A DNA stretch of 64,000 nt from Raillietiella orientalis (GCA_036172245.1 JAYWIR010000013.1:1612001-1676000), one strand, 5' to 3'; counted from the stretch's first letter, positions 27,770-40,869 are shown. Numbers and translations are program-made. Notes: generated from the letters alone by a model not told the origin.

Positions 27770-29490
27770 GGTGAGGCCACCTTGCCGTCGCCCTAATGTG
27801 GGCGGCTGCCATCCCGGTGACCTCCCTCCGCTGCGTAGTCGTCTCGAGCACATGGTGGGCTGTGACGTCGCTGTGCGAACGCGACCCACCGTGGCTACCT
27901 ATCACTGCGCCCGCAGAAAGTCCGTCGCGCAAGAGGAACCGCAGCCGCGGCAGGTTGCAGGCGGTGTCCTAGTGCAGGAGCACTGACGCCAGCCTGCGCC
28001 GCACAGTTCTTGGAGGGCACCGCAGTCCAAGAGCAAATGCGAGGTGGCCTCCCTACCGATGCGCACCCGGCACAACAGATTGAGAACGAGGTGCAGGCGC
28101 TAATTGCACTGGAATCCCCAGTGCAGAAAGAGCAGCACAGCCTGTTTCCGGGACAGCAGGAACACAGAGTTGTCCAGACATTGGGGAGGGTCCACAAGTT
28201 CCTCTGGACAACGCCGAAAAGCTCTCTCCAACGAAAGAGTCCTGTATCGCCATGGTACGCGGAGCAGCAGCATCCACCAGCTCGAGCATCTTCCGGCCAC
28301 CAAGGGGTTTTGTCTTTCCTGCGATGGTGCAGAACTCCCACCTCGCCGGATGGCAGCTGTCGTCGCTCCGATGAAGTGGGCGCTCGCGAAGAATCTGAGT
28401 ATGCTGACGATGAGCAGAAGAGGGGGAGTGGAGCGGGCGTCCTTCCTGCTCCGAAGCACAGGATGGCCCGGGGAGTGGCCCCGAATCGCTGCCGCTGGAT
28501 GTGCAGGCACCATGCATGCGATGCATCGTACCGGGAACGGTAGGTCTGTATTCCACGATTTGACCTGCTCTTCGAATGGTTCAGAGGAGGCGACGCGACC
28601 AAGCTGATTGCTTTCTGAAATTGTTTCCCGAGGGAAAGCCATGCAGTCTGGGGGCGTGCACCACGCCTCAAGCTTCTTCCTCACCAATAGTGATCACCTT
28701 AGGTTTCAGGACTGCAGATTCATCCACGCGGCCAGACTTCACGTCCTGCCAGTCAGGTCTGGGCCTAGGATGAAACCAGAAGAACGCGCATGTTGGCGCT
28801 GTCGGACAGAAGACGAAACGCTGTCTCACATATTAAACAGAGGCACTCTCATCTGCCTATTGCGCGACACGGCGCGATTCGAGAGGTGATCATCAAGGCG
28901 GCAATGGATGAAACAGAGTGGACCCTGGTATTCACTAATCAGAGAGTTCCAGGAACGAACTCCCTCTTGAGACCGGACTTAGCGATGAAAAAAGGCAACC
29001 AGTTCATAGTGCTGGACGCCTGCTGCCCGTACGAGAATGGAGGAGAGGCTCTCAGCGCAGCCAAGAGGAGAAAACGGAAAGTACAAGGAAGTGGCCCTCC
29101 AGCTAGGCAGAGAGGGGAAGCAGTGCAGGGTAAAGCTTTCATAGTTAGCTCTCTGGGAGCCTGGTATCCAGGAAACGCGGAAGTACTGCAGGACCTTGGA
29201 ATTCCAAAAAAGACTTGGTGACGATGAGGTACCGGATGGTGGCTTCGTGCATCTGATGCTCCAGCGACATCTATGCAGCACAGGTCACACGAAAGACAGA
29301 CAATCAGATGCAGCAGGAGAACCCCAGTGGTCAGTTCTCGAGAGACAGAGGACAGGAATCTAAGGAAGCGACATGCTGAGGAGCGACGAGCGGCCCAAAT
29401 GAACAGAGAAGGAACTCCGGAAGAATGTCAAGAGCCTCCCCTTCCCCACCGTGACATGTTACCTAATTGTAAATGAAAACAATAAGAAGC
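27770..29490 (+). mobile_element. 5'-truncated, frameshifted RLE-type non-LTR retrotransposon (NeSL/Utopia-like)
   Basis: RFQDCRFIHAARLHVLP; zinc knuckle CWRCRTEDETLSHILN (28791); RHGAI; LLRPDL (28970); LDACCPYENG; FIVSSLGAWYPGNAEVL; DIYAAQVT. This is the motif order of the NeSL/Utopia C-terminus with a PD-(D/E)xK nuclease. No YADD core seen. Confidence 0.85.
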
Positions 29491-29773
29491 TGTTCCCATT
29501 CTGCCACATCGGGAGAGAGATTCAAATGATTTCATTCTTGCAGAACAGTGGCAAAAAGCCGTTCCTACTCCTACGGCGACCTTTGGAGAGGAGTGTATGA
29601 ATAACGGGCAGAAGTCAGAACGCGAGTTCCTCGAACTTAGGCGACAGCTTTCGTGTGAGACACGGAGAAGAACAGGGTGTGCTCGGGTGTCACATTCTGC
29701 TGTTCTTGCTGGAGGATCTTGCCGCTGTTCCCTCTGAAGGGTGTCGTGAGTTGTATTGGTGTGTGGATCCGTG

Positions 29774-30145
29774 ATGGCTCCGAAGTCTGGTGGTGGGGAA
29801 GCAGTGAAGGCAAGCAAGGGGCAGAAGAACATCACGAAGGAAGGCAACAAGAAGTTGAAGAAGAAGAGTTATGCTATCTACATCTATAAAGCTTTGAAGC
29901 AGTTGCATCTGGATACGGGTATCTCCAAGGCCATCTCGATTATGAACAGATTCGTGAATGCCATTTTCGAGCGTATGGCAGCAGAAGCGTCCAGCCTGTC
30001 CCAATACAACAAGCGCATGGGACCCTGGACCATCGCCAGCCAGGAAATGCCGATAGGGGTGCACTTGTTGCTTTCCGGAGAACTGGCCAAGCACGCCATC
30101 TCAGAAGACAAGAAAGTTGCGACCAAGTACACGAGCTCGAAGTAA
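29774..30145 (+). CDS. H2B: Divergent intronless histone H2B (variant or pseudogene with an intact frame), 123 aa
   Basis: MAPK...[42 protein letters not shown]...[14 protein letters not shown]...TKYTSSK*. Many substitutions at conserved sites; no canonical histone 3' stem-loop seen. Confidence 0.85.
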   Translation: MAPKSGGGEAVKASKGQKNITKEGNKKLKKKSYAIYIYKALKQLHLDTGISKAISIMNRFVNAIFERMAAEASSLSQYNKRMGPWTIASQEMPIGVHLLLSGELAKHAISEDKKVATKYTSSK

Positions 30146-30539
30146 ACTGTGCTTCAGCCCGTGCATTCTAGCCAGAGGAATACCGCAAGGCAGCGAACGA
30201 GAAGATGGATCCTCACCAAGGTGGATTTTGGTGCGTGGGCAGGACGGAGTAGCAAGAGTCCTCAAACGCGGATGGCAACGAACTCGTGAAGCTCGATTCT
30301 CACCCGGGTGCGCCGGGGTGTTTATTCATTGCGAACAAACATTTACAAAATCTGTGGCCGAACCATAGGTCCAGCCACGCGAAATATTACGGAAGCTTGC
30401 CAGGTCATCGGTTCGCTGACCAGTGCGGTCTGCCACGGCAGCAGAGGGAAGAGGACGAACAAAAAGATAAATATATATATATATATATGTCAAAAACTTT
30501 GGGAGTGGGTGGGTGGGTGAAGGAACGGAGTACAGTCTG

Positions 30540-31020
30540 CTGGGGTGGGCCGTTACATTTTCTGTAGGTTATCGGCAAGCTCCTCCTGTATATGAATTTC
30601 CAGGTGGGGCTATCGCGTTTCTATCCTTAGGAAGCGGATGGCAAGTACGATGGCATCCCTGTTGCTGGGTCCTCCCATTGTGTTGCTCCATACAGCGACG
30701 ATCCCGCGTAGGCAGCACAGGGCTGCTAGCGAGGCCGCTGGTCGAAGGGCGTCGCGAACGAAGAGGACTCTAACAGCGTCCCTAAGGTGCCGGAGGGCAA
30801 CAATCCACTAGCAGGTGGAGTAGGGACTCACGCTCCCCGCACCTGACACAGGGTTTACACCTCCCCGTGTCTAGTGATGCCGGCAGGCGTTGCACGGGAG
30901 ATCCCAGTGCAGCAGCAGCAACGCCGACTCCCTGCCACTTCAAAGGATCACCTTCAGATACTCCGGCGGAGCATCCAGCAGCTCGCCCATGGAGCTCGAA
31001 TGGCACTTTCCATGCGAAGC
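30540..31020 (-). mobile_element. L1/Tx1-like LINE ORF2 C-terminal fragment
   Basis: PLKWQ...CVRCGERESLLHLLVDC zinc finger, resembling the copy at 44060-44240. Confidence 0.7.
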
Positions 31021-31299
31021 CTCTCGCCGTCCCTGTAGTCGTCGGATAAGAGTCAGTTCACCTCCCTGCATCTTTTGGGAATGAATGCAAGATAATAATA
31101 GTAATCTTTGGAGGCTCCCATGAAATTGTAATCCCGCGCTGGGCGGCGTGATGCGGAATCAGTCGCTTTTGCTAATACGCAAGTCGGAGGGCCAAGCAGG
31201 AAAGGCGAATTGGCCCGAATCCATCATGATCAGAATGTCCTTAATCAGTGATTTTTTATGCATCGGTGAGGCAGTGTTTCGGATGCGTAGTGGTTCTGA

Positions 31300-31830
31300 T
31301 CACATCGGCGACCTGAAAGATGAAGATTCTTAGCTCGAAACATTTAGATCATTCGATCTCTTCAGATTAGTTCCGCATCGAAATGGATGATGTGTTCCAG
31401 AGGCTCTGTCTGTTGGACAACGGACCGGGGAAAGTGGTCCAACGCGGGAGAAAACAAGCATGAGGGAGAAAGAGAGGAGTGGGCATCAGTTGAGATGAGC
31501 ACACAGATCAGCATAGTGGGGCCGACTTTCGGTTTCCTTGTGGGCTGGGAATCCGAAATCTCAGTAAAGTGGGCAAGTCCAAGGCGACGGTGCGAGAGCG
31601 GTGACCCCCGCACTGGCTCGGGATTCGCATTTCACTTGACCTGCTCAGGGGTTTGTCCGATAAGTTGGAAGTGGCGAAAAAGGTGAACGACCAAAAGGAC
31701 ATGCGCATTCAGAACCACGAGGAGAATCGAGGAGGAGATGAAACCGGGTCTGGAGAAGAATTGTGAAACATGCCGTGGTTATTTGAACCTTGGGCGAATC
31801 AGTGGGCAAATCGTCGGGATTGGACATGAA
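31300..31830 (-). mobile_element. LINE reverse transcriptase core remnant
   Basis: VRGSPLS (QGSPLS-like) followed at the expected distance by HYAD/CVLI (frameshifted YADD). Confidence 0.5.
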
Positions 31831-32339
31831 TTGCCCTCGAGACGTGCTATCCGTGCGGAATAGGTAACATGCTGTCAGCAGTCTCCTCGTTAATCGAGAA
31901 GAATTTTCGTTTTTTTTTTATGGAGCGTGCACACTTCATAGGACCTCAGCAGCTGAAACACAGAATTTCATATTTTGGAATGCAATAGAAGCGCGGCAGT
32001 GCAAGTTTGGGGAGAGACGAATGTGTTCAAAAGGGTTGCTGAAGTCATTACTGTTTACGAAACCTCTGCAGTAAGGCTTCATGTGACTGCAGGCTTTATG
32101 TTATATCTGAGGAAGGCTCCCTAGAAAGCAAAAAATAGAATAAACTACTACCACACCTGGTTCCCGGGCCTGTATTTAACCAGGTGGCAGTGAATGCACT
32201 GTGTAAACTTCTAAACAAGCCATGAGTCTTCCAAACAAACTTCTAAACAGCAACAGCGCTAGCTGCAAAGGGTGGGTCGGACCCACTGCCTACCGGTAAG
32301 GACTGCTGCTTGAAATGCAGAAAGTTCATCTGCAGTTTT

Positions 32340-33020
32340 CTTGAACCCCACTCCGCCCCAGCCTAGGAAATGTCATTCTTCGGGGTGGGGGGCAGACGAA
32401 AAAGGAATACCAAGAACTCAGAGACTGGAGTTAGATGGAAGGAGAACCTGTCACAAGATCGATAAGTACGAAGCAAGCAGGTGCAGCGAGGGATCCGATC
32501 AGGAGAGAGGGATGGGACGAGTGTTGCCGAATGGAACGAGCCACCACGGATGTTGCCTATTCCGCAAGGAGACCACGTGCAAACCCTCCTATCCCGAAGC
32601 CAGTAAGTTCAAAAGACCAAAAATGAGGGAATTTTCCTTGCTTCGTTTTGCGCCAAGTGCACCTCCCGCCGCCCGTCGGATGGGGGAAAGGGATCCTAGA
32701 AGATCAGACACAAATGAAGTTCTTCCACAAAGGCCTTAGCCAGAGATGCAAACTGGAAGCGAGAATATCAGCGGACTGTTTCTCCGGGAAGTCTTTGGTT
32801 TGCAACACTCCGTCTCCTTTTTACTGCGAGCAACCAAGGTATTCACGTCGTGTTCTGGAAACACTACCGCTGGAAATGTTCTTGCAACGCAATTGGTCGC
32901 GCTTAAGTGCGTCTTCGGTCGTTGGTTTGTGCCAAGCAAATCAAGCTGTTGACAAAGCACTGGAGGTGCCAAAGTCATCTGCAAGTTGTTTGAACTGCAC
33001 GACCGCCAAAATGAGTCCCA
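32340..33020 (+). mobile_element. NeSL/Utopia-like RT C-terminal fragment
   Basis: LNP..RKCHS, MEGEPV..IDKYEASRC, ASKFKRPK, LEARISADCF/VFGL in the expected order, with frameshifts. Confidence 0.5.
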
Positions 33021-33374
33021 CATTCTAGAGTTTTCTAAGCCCAAAGAAGCAGAGCATTCCCCCCCCCCCTCTCTCTCTCTCGAAATGCTTATCATCAATA
33101 TTTCGTGCCAGAAGGACAAATGGTGCTTTTATAGTAGGAAATCCAAAACCAAGAAACGCAACGAAAATAAACAAAGTTCGATGCGAAATTCACGACAAGG
33201 AAACGGAACAAACTGAGGACAAACGACGAAAGCAAAAGAAAGCTGCAAATCCACAACTTCTTGCCTCCTCGGTAATGGCTCTTGAGGAAGCCACCATCTG
33301 GGACCATCCAGATCCTGATTGCTTTGTCATTCAGATCCAGCATTAAGAACTAAGAAATGAAAGATGTCTTAGAC

Positions 33375-33445
33375 CACAGGTTCCCAAACTTATTTGGCCT
33401 ACCGCCCCTTTTTCAGATAAAACATTACTCAGCGCCCCCCTGAAA
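33375..33445 (+). mobile_element. Left end of a Charlie-type hAT DNA transposon or MITE
   Basis: CACAGGTTCCCAAACTTATTTGGCC resembles the CAGGGGTTCCCAAACT TIR and is preceded by TCTTAGAC (Charlie-like target). No matching right end found. Confidence 0.55.
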
Positions 33446-33612
33446 ATGTACCCTCTTATTTATCAATGAACACAAATGATTCGATAGAAATGGAATATAA
33501 ATAAATGTTAATGGTATCAACTGTACATTTCAAAAAGTATTATACCGACACAAGCCTGCTACAATTTTATTATTAGTACACACTAGAAGATACTGATACG
33601 TTTCTGTGTGAA

Positions 33613-33644
<32 letters not shown>

Positions 33645-33705
33645 AAAAACGGCAAATTACACGTGAGTATATTTATATATACACTCACGTGTAACTTGCT
33701 GTTTT
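33613..33705. repeat. (TA)n microsatellite followed by a 23-bp-arm inverted repeat
   Basis: AT dinucleotide run at 33613-33640; AAAACGGCAAATTACACGTGAGT pairs with ACTCACGTGTAACTTGCTGTTTT, two mismatches. Confidence 0.8.
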
Positions 33706-35199
33706 ATCAAAACTGTTTTAAAAATGAATGCACTTGCACTACTTTTGACTGCTTTTCACACAATTCAGAAAGAATCTAAATTTGATTTCATAATTTCGCC
33801 TATGAATAGCATCGGACTGTACACAAGTAACTACACGCACACCTGAGTGAGTGTACACAAGTACACTCACTCTTTCCTGCAGGTGCATGCTGGATTTTTC
33901 GACAGTGCTCGACACGTGAAGTGAAGTGTTATTTTCATGAGCTGAAAATCGAAACTCAGAAGCACTGTGCAAAACAATCATAGGAAAATTCACACGCTAT
34001 AAAATTCTAAATGACAGCATTAAGTACGATAGTTGTTGCAGTTGGTATTTCTGTACGAATATTGGAGTTAAAGGCTTAGTGCAGAAAAAGAGCAACAAAA
34101 AAAAAAAATGTAAAAAATATAGATGAAGGAATAATGAGGTAGCACACTGAATTTGATCAGTTGACTACGTTGATAACTTTACGACTAGAATTTATAAATA
34201 ATTTTAAAAAATAAAATAATGCGTTCCATATTTAGAAAAGGGTAATACTGCTGAGAAGCATGACGTGACGATTATAGTGGCGCAAATGTGGGCCTTTGCA
34301 GAAGTAGACCGAGAAACTAAGGTTGAGCCAGGAAGAAAAGGGGAAGGCAAATTCATGCATCTATTGAGACTTCAAAAAAAAAAAAAATCCTCGGATAATC
34401 TAAAAACAGATGAAGATGAAAAAAAAAGTAGTAAGAACGAAAGCACGGATAGGAGAATAGCGGCAGTGGTTCCTGGAAACCTCGACGAAACACCTGTAAG
34501 GACCGGCAAAAAGAAAGAAGGGAAGCTGGAATTATTCCTTTATTTCGAAACAAAAGTTCAATCTCGATTTCTCAACTGAATAGAAATATTCGTTTCTCGT
34601 AACTAGACAGGTTGCAGTAAATAATCACATGGCCAGTTATTATGCAGCCAGAGACGCGTACACCTGCAAAGTACAAAAGATAGCAATTGACAGCAGAAAA
34701 AGACAATACACTGACCTGAAATCTGTGTCAAATAAGTTCTGGATTCCTCTGATGTATTGGTTGCTTCAAAGGCACTGTCTCGAGGCAAAGAAACGAGCCT
34801 ATTTGTAATGAAGTCCACATCAGCTAAAAGATATAATGGACATTTTCAAGAATGCATAAGATACAAGGATGGTATCAGAGAAATGCAATCAGCCAAACTC
34901 GGAGAGACTTTTAGAGTCGACTGCAAAGTAGCACTGAAGGGTGCTCGCCTATTCAACACGATACCGAACATTAAATTTTCCCTACGTCCGAAAAGAGGTG
35001 GGGAGAGTTCATTTGTACGCACAACTTGCACACAAGACAATGAAACAGTTATGAAACAGTTTCCACTTCGGATTCTGGAGCGGTTGGCAGCTGTGTCGAG
35101 ACGTCTTCACTCTCGTTTTCATGTGGAATGCACTCCCAGAGATTCTTCTTTACCCTTCTGGATCATGCTGTCGCTTTAGATTTGTCCCCATTTCGCGTC

Positions 35200-36330
35200 G
35201 CTAAATATTCCTGTGACCCTTTTGGCGTAGCAGAGCAAGCAGTCGCATGTCCTGGCCGTTGCCACTGGTAGTGAACTGTTTGCAGTCCTAAATGATCAAC
35301 CTGGACCTTTGGTACATCCAATTCCACGTCTCCCGTGGAACGGGGAGGAAACAAGGAATCACCAAGGCCATTCCTTCTCATATCTCCATGTTCCTTCCTG
35401 AGGCACTATTTCCCTGAGGCTGTTGAGTCCTCACCAATGCCTGCTTCCTCTTCCAGATGCAGCCGACGCTCATCCACTCCCTCCCGATTTTCCAGTCGGG
35501 ACAATATCTTGACGTAGGCGCTGTGAGCTGCAAACAGTCGCTTGTGCCAATCATCGGCGAGCTCCAGGAGTTGCTGCGCGTCCATGGTTTCCACGGAGCG
35601 TTCTGGGGACTCCATCCCGGTTCCATTTTCTCCTTCCGAATGGGGGCATGACTGTTTGAGCCTCACCCGCGGTTTGAATCCTCTCCTCAGCGTATCCCGT
35701 TGGCACAGAAAGGAAGCAAGGAATCGCCGAGGCCAGTTCTTTCTTCTTCCCACATTCCCTTGTTCCGAGGCGCCATTTTCAGATCGGTCCTAATTCTTCT
35801 TCCAGGTGGGGTCGGTACTCACCCGCACTCCCAATTTGCCGGTTTTGTTCGAGCCGCTCTGCCGGTCGCAAACGGCCGCTTTTCCCAATCCCCGGCGAGT
35901 GGATTCCAGGAAGTGCCCTGCCTCCGTGACTTCCAGGCCTCACCACGATCCCCCCTTCCTCCCTCGGGCGGCATGGAAACTTGAGTCTCATCCTCGATTC
36001 AGACCCCCCCCCCCCTCACACACAAGCAGTTTCCTTTGCAGTTCTGTTTCCATGCGTATCTTGTCCATTGGGCAGAACATCGCTCTGAAAAGCAGGCAGG
36101 AAGCCATTTCACGGGCTGTTCCTCAAGTCAGACCGAAGATACTCTTCCGTGTCTCCTCTGACCCTCTCAGGACTTCTTTCCACAGGATCTGCGGTGCCGG
36201 GGCATCGTCCATGTGGATTACCAGGCATTTTGTGGTTTCCCCCATTAGCAGTTCCTTTTCCGCCTGTGTGGAGAGAGATTCAGGGAAGTATTTCGATGGA
36301 TGTCTGTTCGAACTTCTGTGCGTTTCATAA
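35200..36330 (-). mobile_element. Possible gag-like retroelement remnant
   Basis: VETMDAQQLLELADDW (capsid C-terminal-like) followed by a degenerate zinc knuckle HYQWQRPGHATAC. Broken frames. Confidence 0.3.
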
Positions 36331-37354
36331 TCAATCCTAAACCTCTTTTCATGGACTTGACCACTTGACTAACCTGCCCCCCCCCCTTCCCCCCTCTTAT
36401 ACTGCAGGAAGATCGTCCGCACACTCCAGGTGAGTCGGTCTGCAATCGTCTATTGTAAGCCTTGGAAGTGTCCTCTTCCGTCGACTCGCTCTGACACAGA
36501 TCCATGCAGCTCCATGCCTGGAATGAGGGCCTCCCCTTAGGCGGATTCCCTTTTCCATCAGGACTGTGTCTGTCTGTGTCCGTTGACCTGAATCTCGAAA
36601 AACTGCCCTTTGGGGATTTTCCTCCACCTTCCGGCTGAAGCATTGTGGGAAGCCCAGTTTCCTCAATATCTTCGGCAGCCTTCCGCGGTCCGCGGTATCA
36701 GATGCTCTCTCCGTAGGAGATTTCTCAGTTTTCGATTTCGTGTGTGCTCACCATTGAACTACGAGGAAGGACAGAGTCCTCGCTCTGCTTGGCGACACAC
36801 ACACGCGCACACAAAGGCGGTCCAAATCCTGGAAATCGATCAGAGAGTATGGGAGTATGGAATAGAATGAGCTGAGTTACTCCGCTTCGTAATCGAAGAA
36901 TTTGCGAGAGATTCCAAATTATCGTATGATAAGGATGCAAGGAAAGATCTCTAGTATAACACAATACATCTTAGGAGTCCCAGTTGCCGATAGGCACAGA
37001 AAGTGGAAACCTGCAAGGAACACGAAGAGGAAGGCATTGGATCGCGTTCGGAGCAGCCTCAATCAGCAAAACGAACTGGATTTCAGATACATGGTCAAAA
37101 ATACAACGGTCTTTTTGGGGGGCTATTCCTCAACAGTGGGGATCTTTTTGGACAATTTAATTTTCATGCATGATTTAAGGGCATTTTTCTTTTTCAAAGA
37201 GAGGAGTGAAATTGGAAGAAACGGAGAAGACGGCACAAATGAAATCCGGTTGGGGTGGGAGATGAAGCAAATCTGGGCAAACAACAGGAAGGAAAAAGCA
37301 AACTGCTAGTGAAATTCGATAAGAAATAAAATATGTTTGATTTATTCCATGTAT

Positions 37355-37470
37355 TATGTTTACATATTACAATTATGTTTATATATTACATTTAAATTTA
37401 TGTACTACATTTATGTCTATGTATTACATTCGTGTTTATATGTTACGTTTAATCTGTATATATTGTATTT
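37355..37470. repeat. Degenerate 19-nt minisatellite, about 6 copies
   Basis: Units start at 37355, 37374, 37393, 37412, 37431 and 37450; consensus close to TATGTTTATATATTACATT. Confidence 0.8.
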
Positions 37471-38229
37471 AATCCGTGATTGGAGACAGTAAGTGGTGTG
37501 TGTGACCACATCTATGGGGTCACATACGCCATTTCGTAAAGCCCCTGCACCCCGCCACGAACATGGGCACGCGAAGAGGCGCTTCTTGGCGGGAAACCAA
37601 AAGCAGCGAAAGTGAACCAGGAAGCCTCGCTCAGGTTGAGTGACTTGGAGGAACAGAAACGCTCAGACATCCTTGTCTTCTGTGCAAGCCAAGCATGCAA
37701 GGGCCGCGGGAACACTGGGAGACCATTTGCGAGAGAATTCGTCTATGAGTGTTCGGAGTTCGTGGAGTGTGCTGGGGCGGCGTTTCCCAAACCAGGCTCC
37801 CCGGAACACCAGTGTTCCGCGGGAAGTCAATAAGTGTTCCGTGAAAAATTATCATGAGGACGAAGGTGTTTCGAATGCTGCGCCAGGTCGAAACCTGTTT
37901 GAAACTCAGGTGCTCCTCACTTTGAGAGTCAGCTTTGTGATGCTGTGCCTGATGTCAAAAGCATTTCCGATTCAACGACCCCAAACAACATCGAGGTCAT
38001 TAAGAACGTAATTTCACTACACATACGCCAGTTTATTTCACTATTTTCATGTTTTTGTTTTACATAATTAAAATTGTTTGCTTTTTTTCTGAACTCTTAT
38101 ATTTACTTGCTAAATTTATTTATCATTAATATCCGTCCTTAGCTGCTTTAACATCCGCAAAAATCCGAAAATAATAATAATAATGGGACTGCAATAACAT
38201 AATTGTTACTGCTATGAAATGTAATTACG

Positions 38230-38890
38230 GAATGCAAACGAACGGGTTCCGGGTTGCTTCTCTCGATGTTCTCGATGCATTCTCTCACGAATTTTCTCCT
38301 CATTCGTGCAGACACGAAAAAGCAGGGAGCACTCACCGCCGCATCACAGAAAATGCAATCAGACGTTGCATTTGACTGCCAGAATCCGGACTGGACCAGC
38401 AGGCCCAGCGTGCAACGGTTTCCAGCAGACATCTGACGGAAGTCCACGTGTGCGCCTAGCCTGGATCTGGTCCAGTGTGGACGTTCGAACTCAGCCGTGT
38501 TTTTTGTCAGCTCGGACTCCCGGGTGATTTTCATTCTTCCAGTGTGGTGGTACAGTTGGATTTCTGTGGCCGGGGGCGTGGCTGCGGTTTCCGCTTTGCG
38601 CAGTTTCTCACGCGCAAAGCGTTGCGGGTTCGAATCTCCCACGCGGGGGATCGAAGCTGAGAAAAGGGCGCGTCGTAGGTTTCGAGTCCCCTCCCGCAAA
38701 ATGATGACTCTGTCTGGCCTTATAGACCTCGGGTGCTGGACGGGTGGAAGCCGGAAACCACCGGATTCCCTGAACTTGGGGAAAAGAGATTCTTTGCACA
38801 GCTTCTCTGCACCTAAGCACAATATGCAAGCGTCCGTATGTGGGTGTTCTTTTCGAGTTTCCGGAGCCGAAGCAGCCACAGCCATGAATC
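38230..38890 (-). mobile_element. L1/Tx1-like ORF2 C-terminal remnant
   Basis: ORF 38148-38885 contains SLFPKFRESGGFRLP (P...GGL.LP) and SDCIFCDAAVSAPCFF (degenerate zinc finger). Confidence 0.55.
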
Positions 38891-39879
38891 GGGGAAAACT
38901 TCTCGACCCCGTGAGTTTGGAACACGCAAAGAAAGGTCAATTGCTTCACTACTACACATAAGACCAGTTTTATCACTAAATTGAGTAATAATATTTCCTT
39001 CAGCGTCTTTAAGCTGACTGATATTGGAAACATCATTATTGTTTTTCCTGATAAAGATGCACTTAAGTGTTGCTCAAAGGACGTAATAAAGTTTGTTGCC
39101 ATTCTTACGGGCTGGAGGGATTAGGAAAAAATCCAATTATTCAAGTAAAAATGGTAAGGATGACACGAGTTGGAAATGGAAAACTTTAATCAGGTTGAAG
39201 AAATCATCTTATCCAACTTGAGACCGTATTTAAAATAAATAAATAAATTAGAATTGTTCGACGTCTCATAGTTTCAACAACTCAAGAGTAAATGTTTTAC
39301 AAATTGAAGATGAAAATAAGTTTCGATTCCGATTACTGAACCAGAATTAGTGAAGACATTAATCAAATAATTGAGAAGATCACCGTGCGTCTGAGAAAGC
39401 AATAAAGCGCGTAGCTGCTGTACTCGAGAGGTGGTGATGGAGATCACATCTGAGGGTGTCGAGAGGCATCGTACGGAGACTTCGCGTCGGGTGGCAGAGG
39501 TCAGCATGCCGGCCCGCAGAGTTGCCGCCGTGCACGTGCTGCCCGACGCGAACCACGGAAAACGAAGCAAGGTTCTGCAGATGGTTCGAAGGAACGTGGA
39601 CCGCCTTCCCGTTGGCCAGGAGCCCGCTCAGGGAGCAAGAGCTGCCCACTGTCGGTAGTCCGCTGTCAGGAACAAGGTGCACCGGCGGGTGGGCGCTGTC
39701 TGAATTCTGGTCCACGCATCCGGTGAGGAAACTGACTAACGCTGCGCGCACCTGATGGATGACCTCCTTGAAAGGGCGAGACGGGATCTGGCCAAAGGAT
39801 AGAACGATGCCTATTCGAATTGGCAACTCTGCACGAGCTCTCTACGGAAAAAAAAAAAAAAATGCTGTGGTGGCCTAAC

Positions 39880-40125
39880 AACCGGCAGTCGTCGTGGGGC
39901 CATGTTGGGTTCAGCGGGTTGCCCATAAATGTGGGCCATCAACTGTTTGTTAAGAGCATCGTGCCGGTGCGAAATATAATCTCAGTGCTCGGAATGCTTG
40001 GGAAGATAGCTGTCCGCCAGAGTGCTGCTACGGTGCCATAGCGACCTCGGAAGCTGGTCTGCCCGCTCGGTCCGCATCTTCCAGACGGGATGGCAAAAGC
40101 GCCAGCTGTATAGAAAATGAGGCAT
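39880..40125 (-). mobile_element. Tx1-like ORF1 (gag-like) fragment
   Basis: IQLALLPSRLEDAD...RYGTVAALWRTAIFPSIPSTEIIFRTGTMLL matches the LP...D..L..YG.V...P.I....R...M.L pattern. Confidence 0.5.
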
Positions 40126-40869
40126 CGCTCACGAGTGTGCAGTTGATAGACCGTGAGGAGCCAGCAAGGACGCGCGTACGCGGCATTCCCGGATCCCGTC
40201 GCATGCCAGAAATGTGCGGGGATGACTTGAGGCGCGTTTCCGGCGGAGGGCGGCTACGCGCGACACAGTTGCCCTGCGACGTCGTCGATCTGCTACAACG
40301 GAAGGAGGAGGAAGACGCTTCCCCGCGACCCTCCCATCGACCACGTCGTTTGACACGGAGTCAGCGGCGTGCTAAACAGCAACGGGGCCCCACTTCCAGA
40401 GGCAGCACCTTCCACGTACATGCGCGCCCCCCCTTTTTTTTTTAAAGAAAAAAAGTCCTGCTGATGATGAGGAAGGAGCCATGTCGTTCGTCGACCGGTT
40501 AGCCGAAGAGCTGACACGGCTGCTACATCCTCCTGTAACGGCAGCGCGCTTCAACCGTGCAAGAGATCTGTCAGCACTGTGACTGCTGTTTTCGTCCACG
40601 TGAAGTTTTCCAAGCGCGCGCGCGCCCTCCCTCAAGGAGAGAATGACGGTTGCGTGCGGAGTGATCTTCCGGAGAGGCCAAACCGATTCTCTCCCGGTCA
40701 CGCGGGGGCATGTTTCCATCGCAATTCGGTCAACATACGTGGAAAGGTTCTCACGCACACGTACCGTTTGGAACACGTGTGTCAGCCGAAGAAGAAACGG
40801 AAACGGGAAGGGGGAGGGTGGGAGTGAGGAACTTTCAAAGGTGAAATGCAAGTAAAGGCATGCAGTTAA

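Noticed and set aside
38570..38650. GGTTCGAATC B-box with a 10-bp hairpin (tRNA or SINE-like)
   Set aside because: No cloverleaf; it overlaps an L1-like ORF remnant on the other strand.
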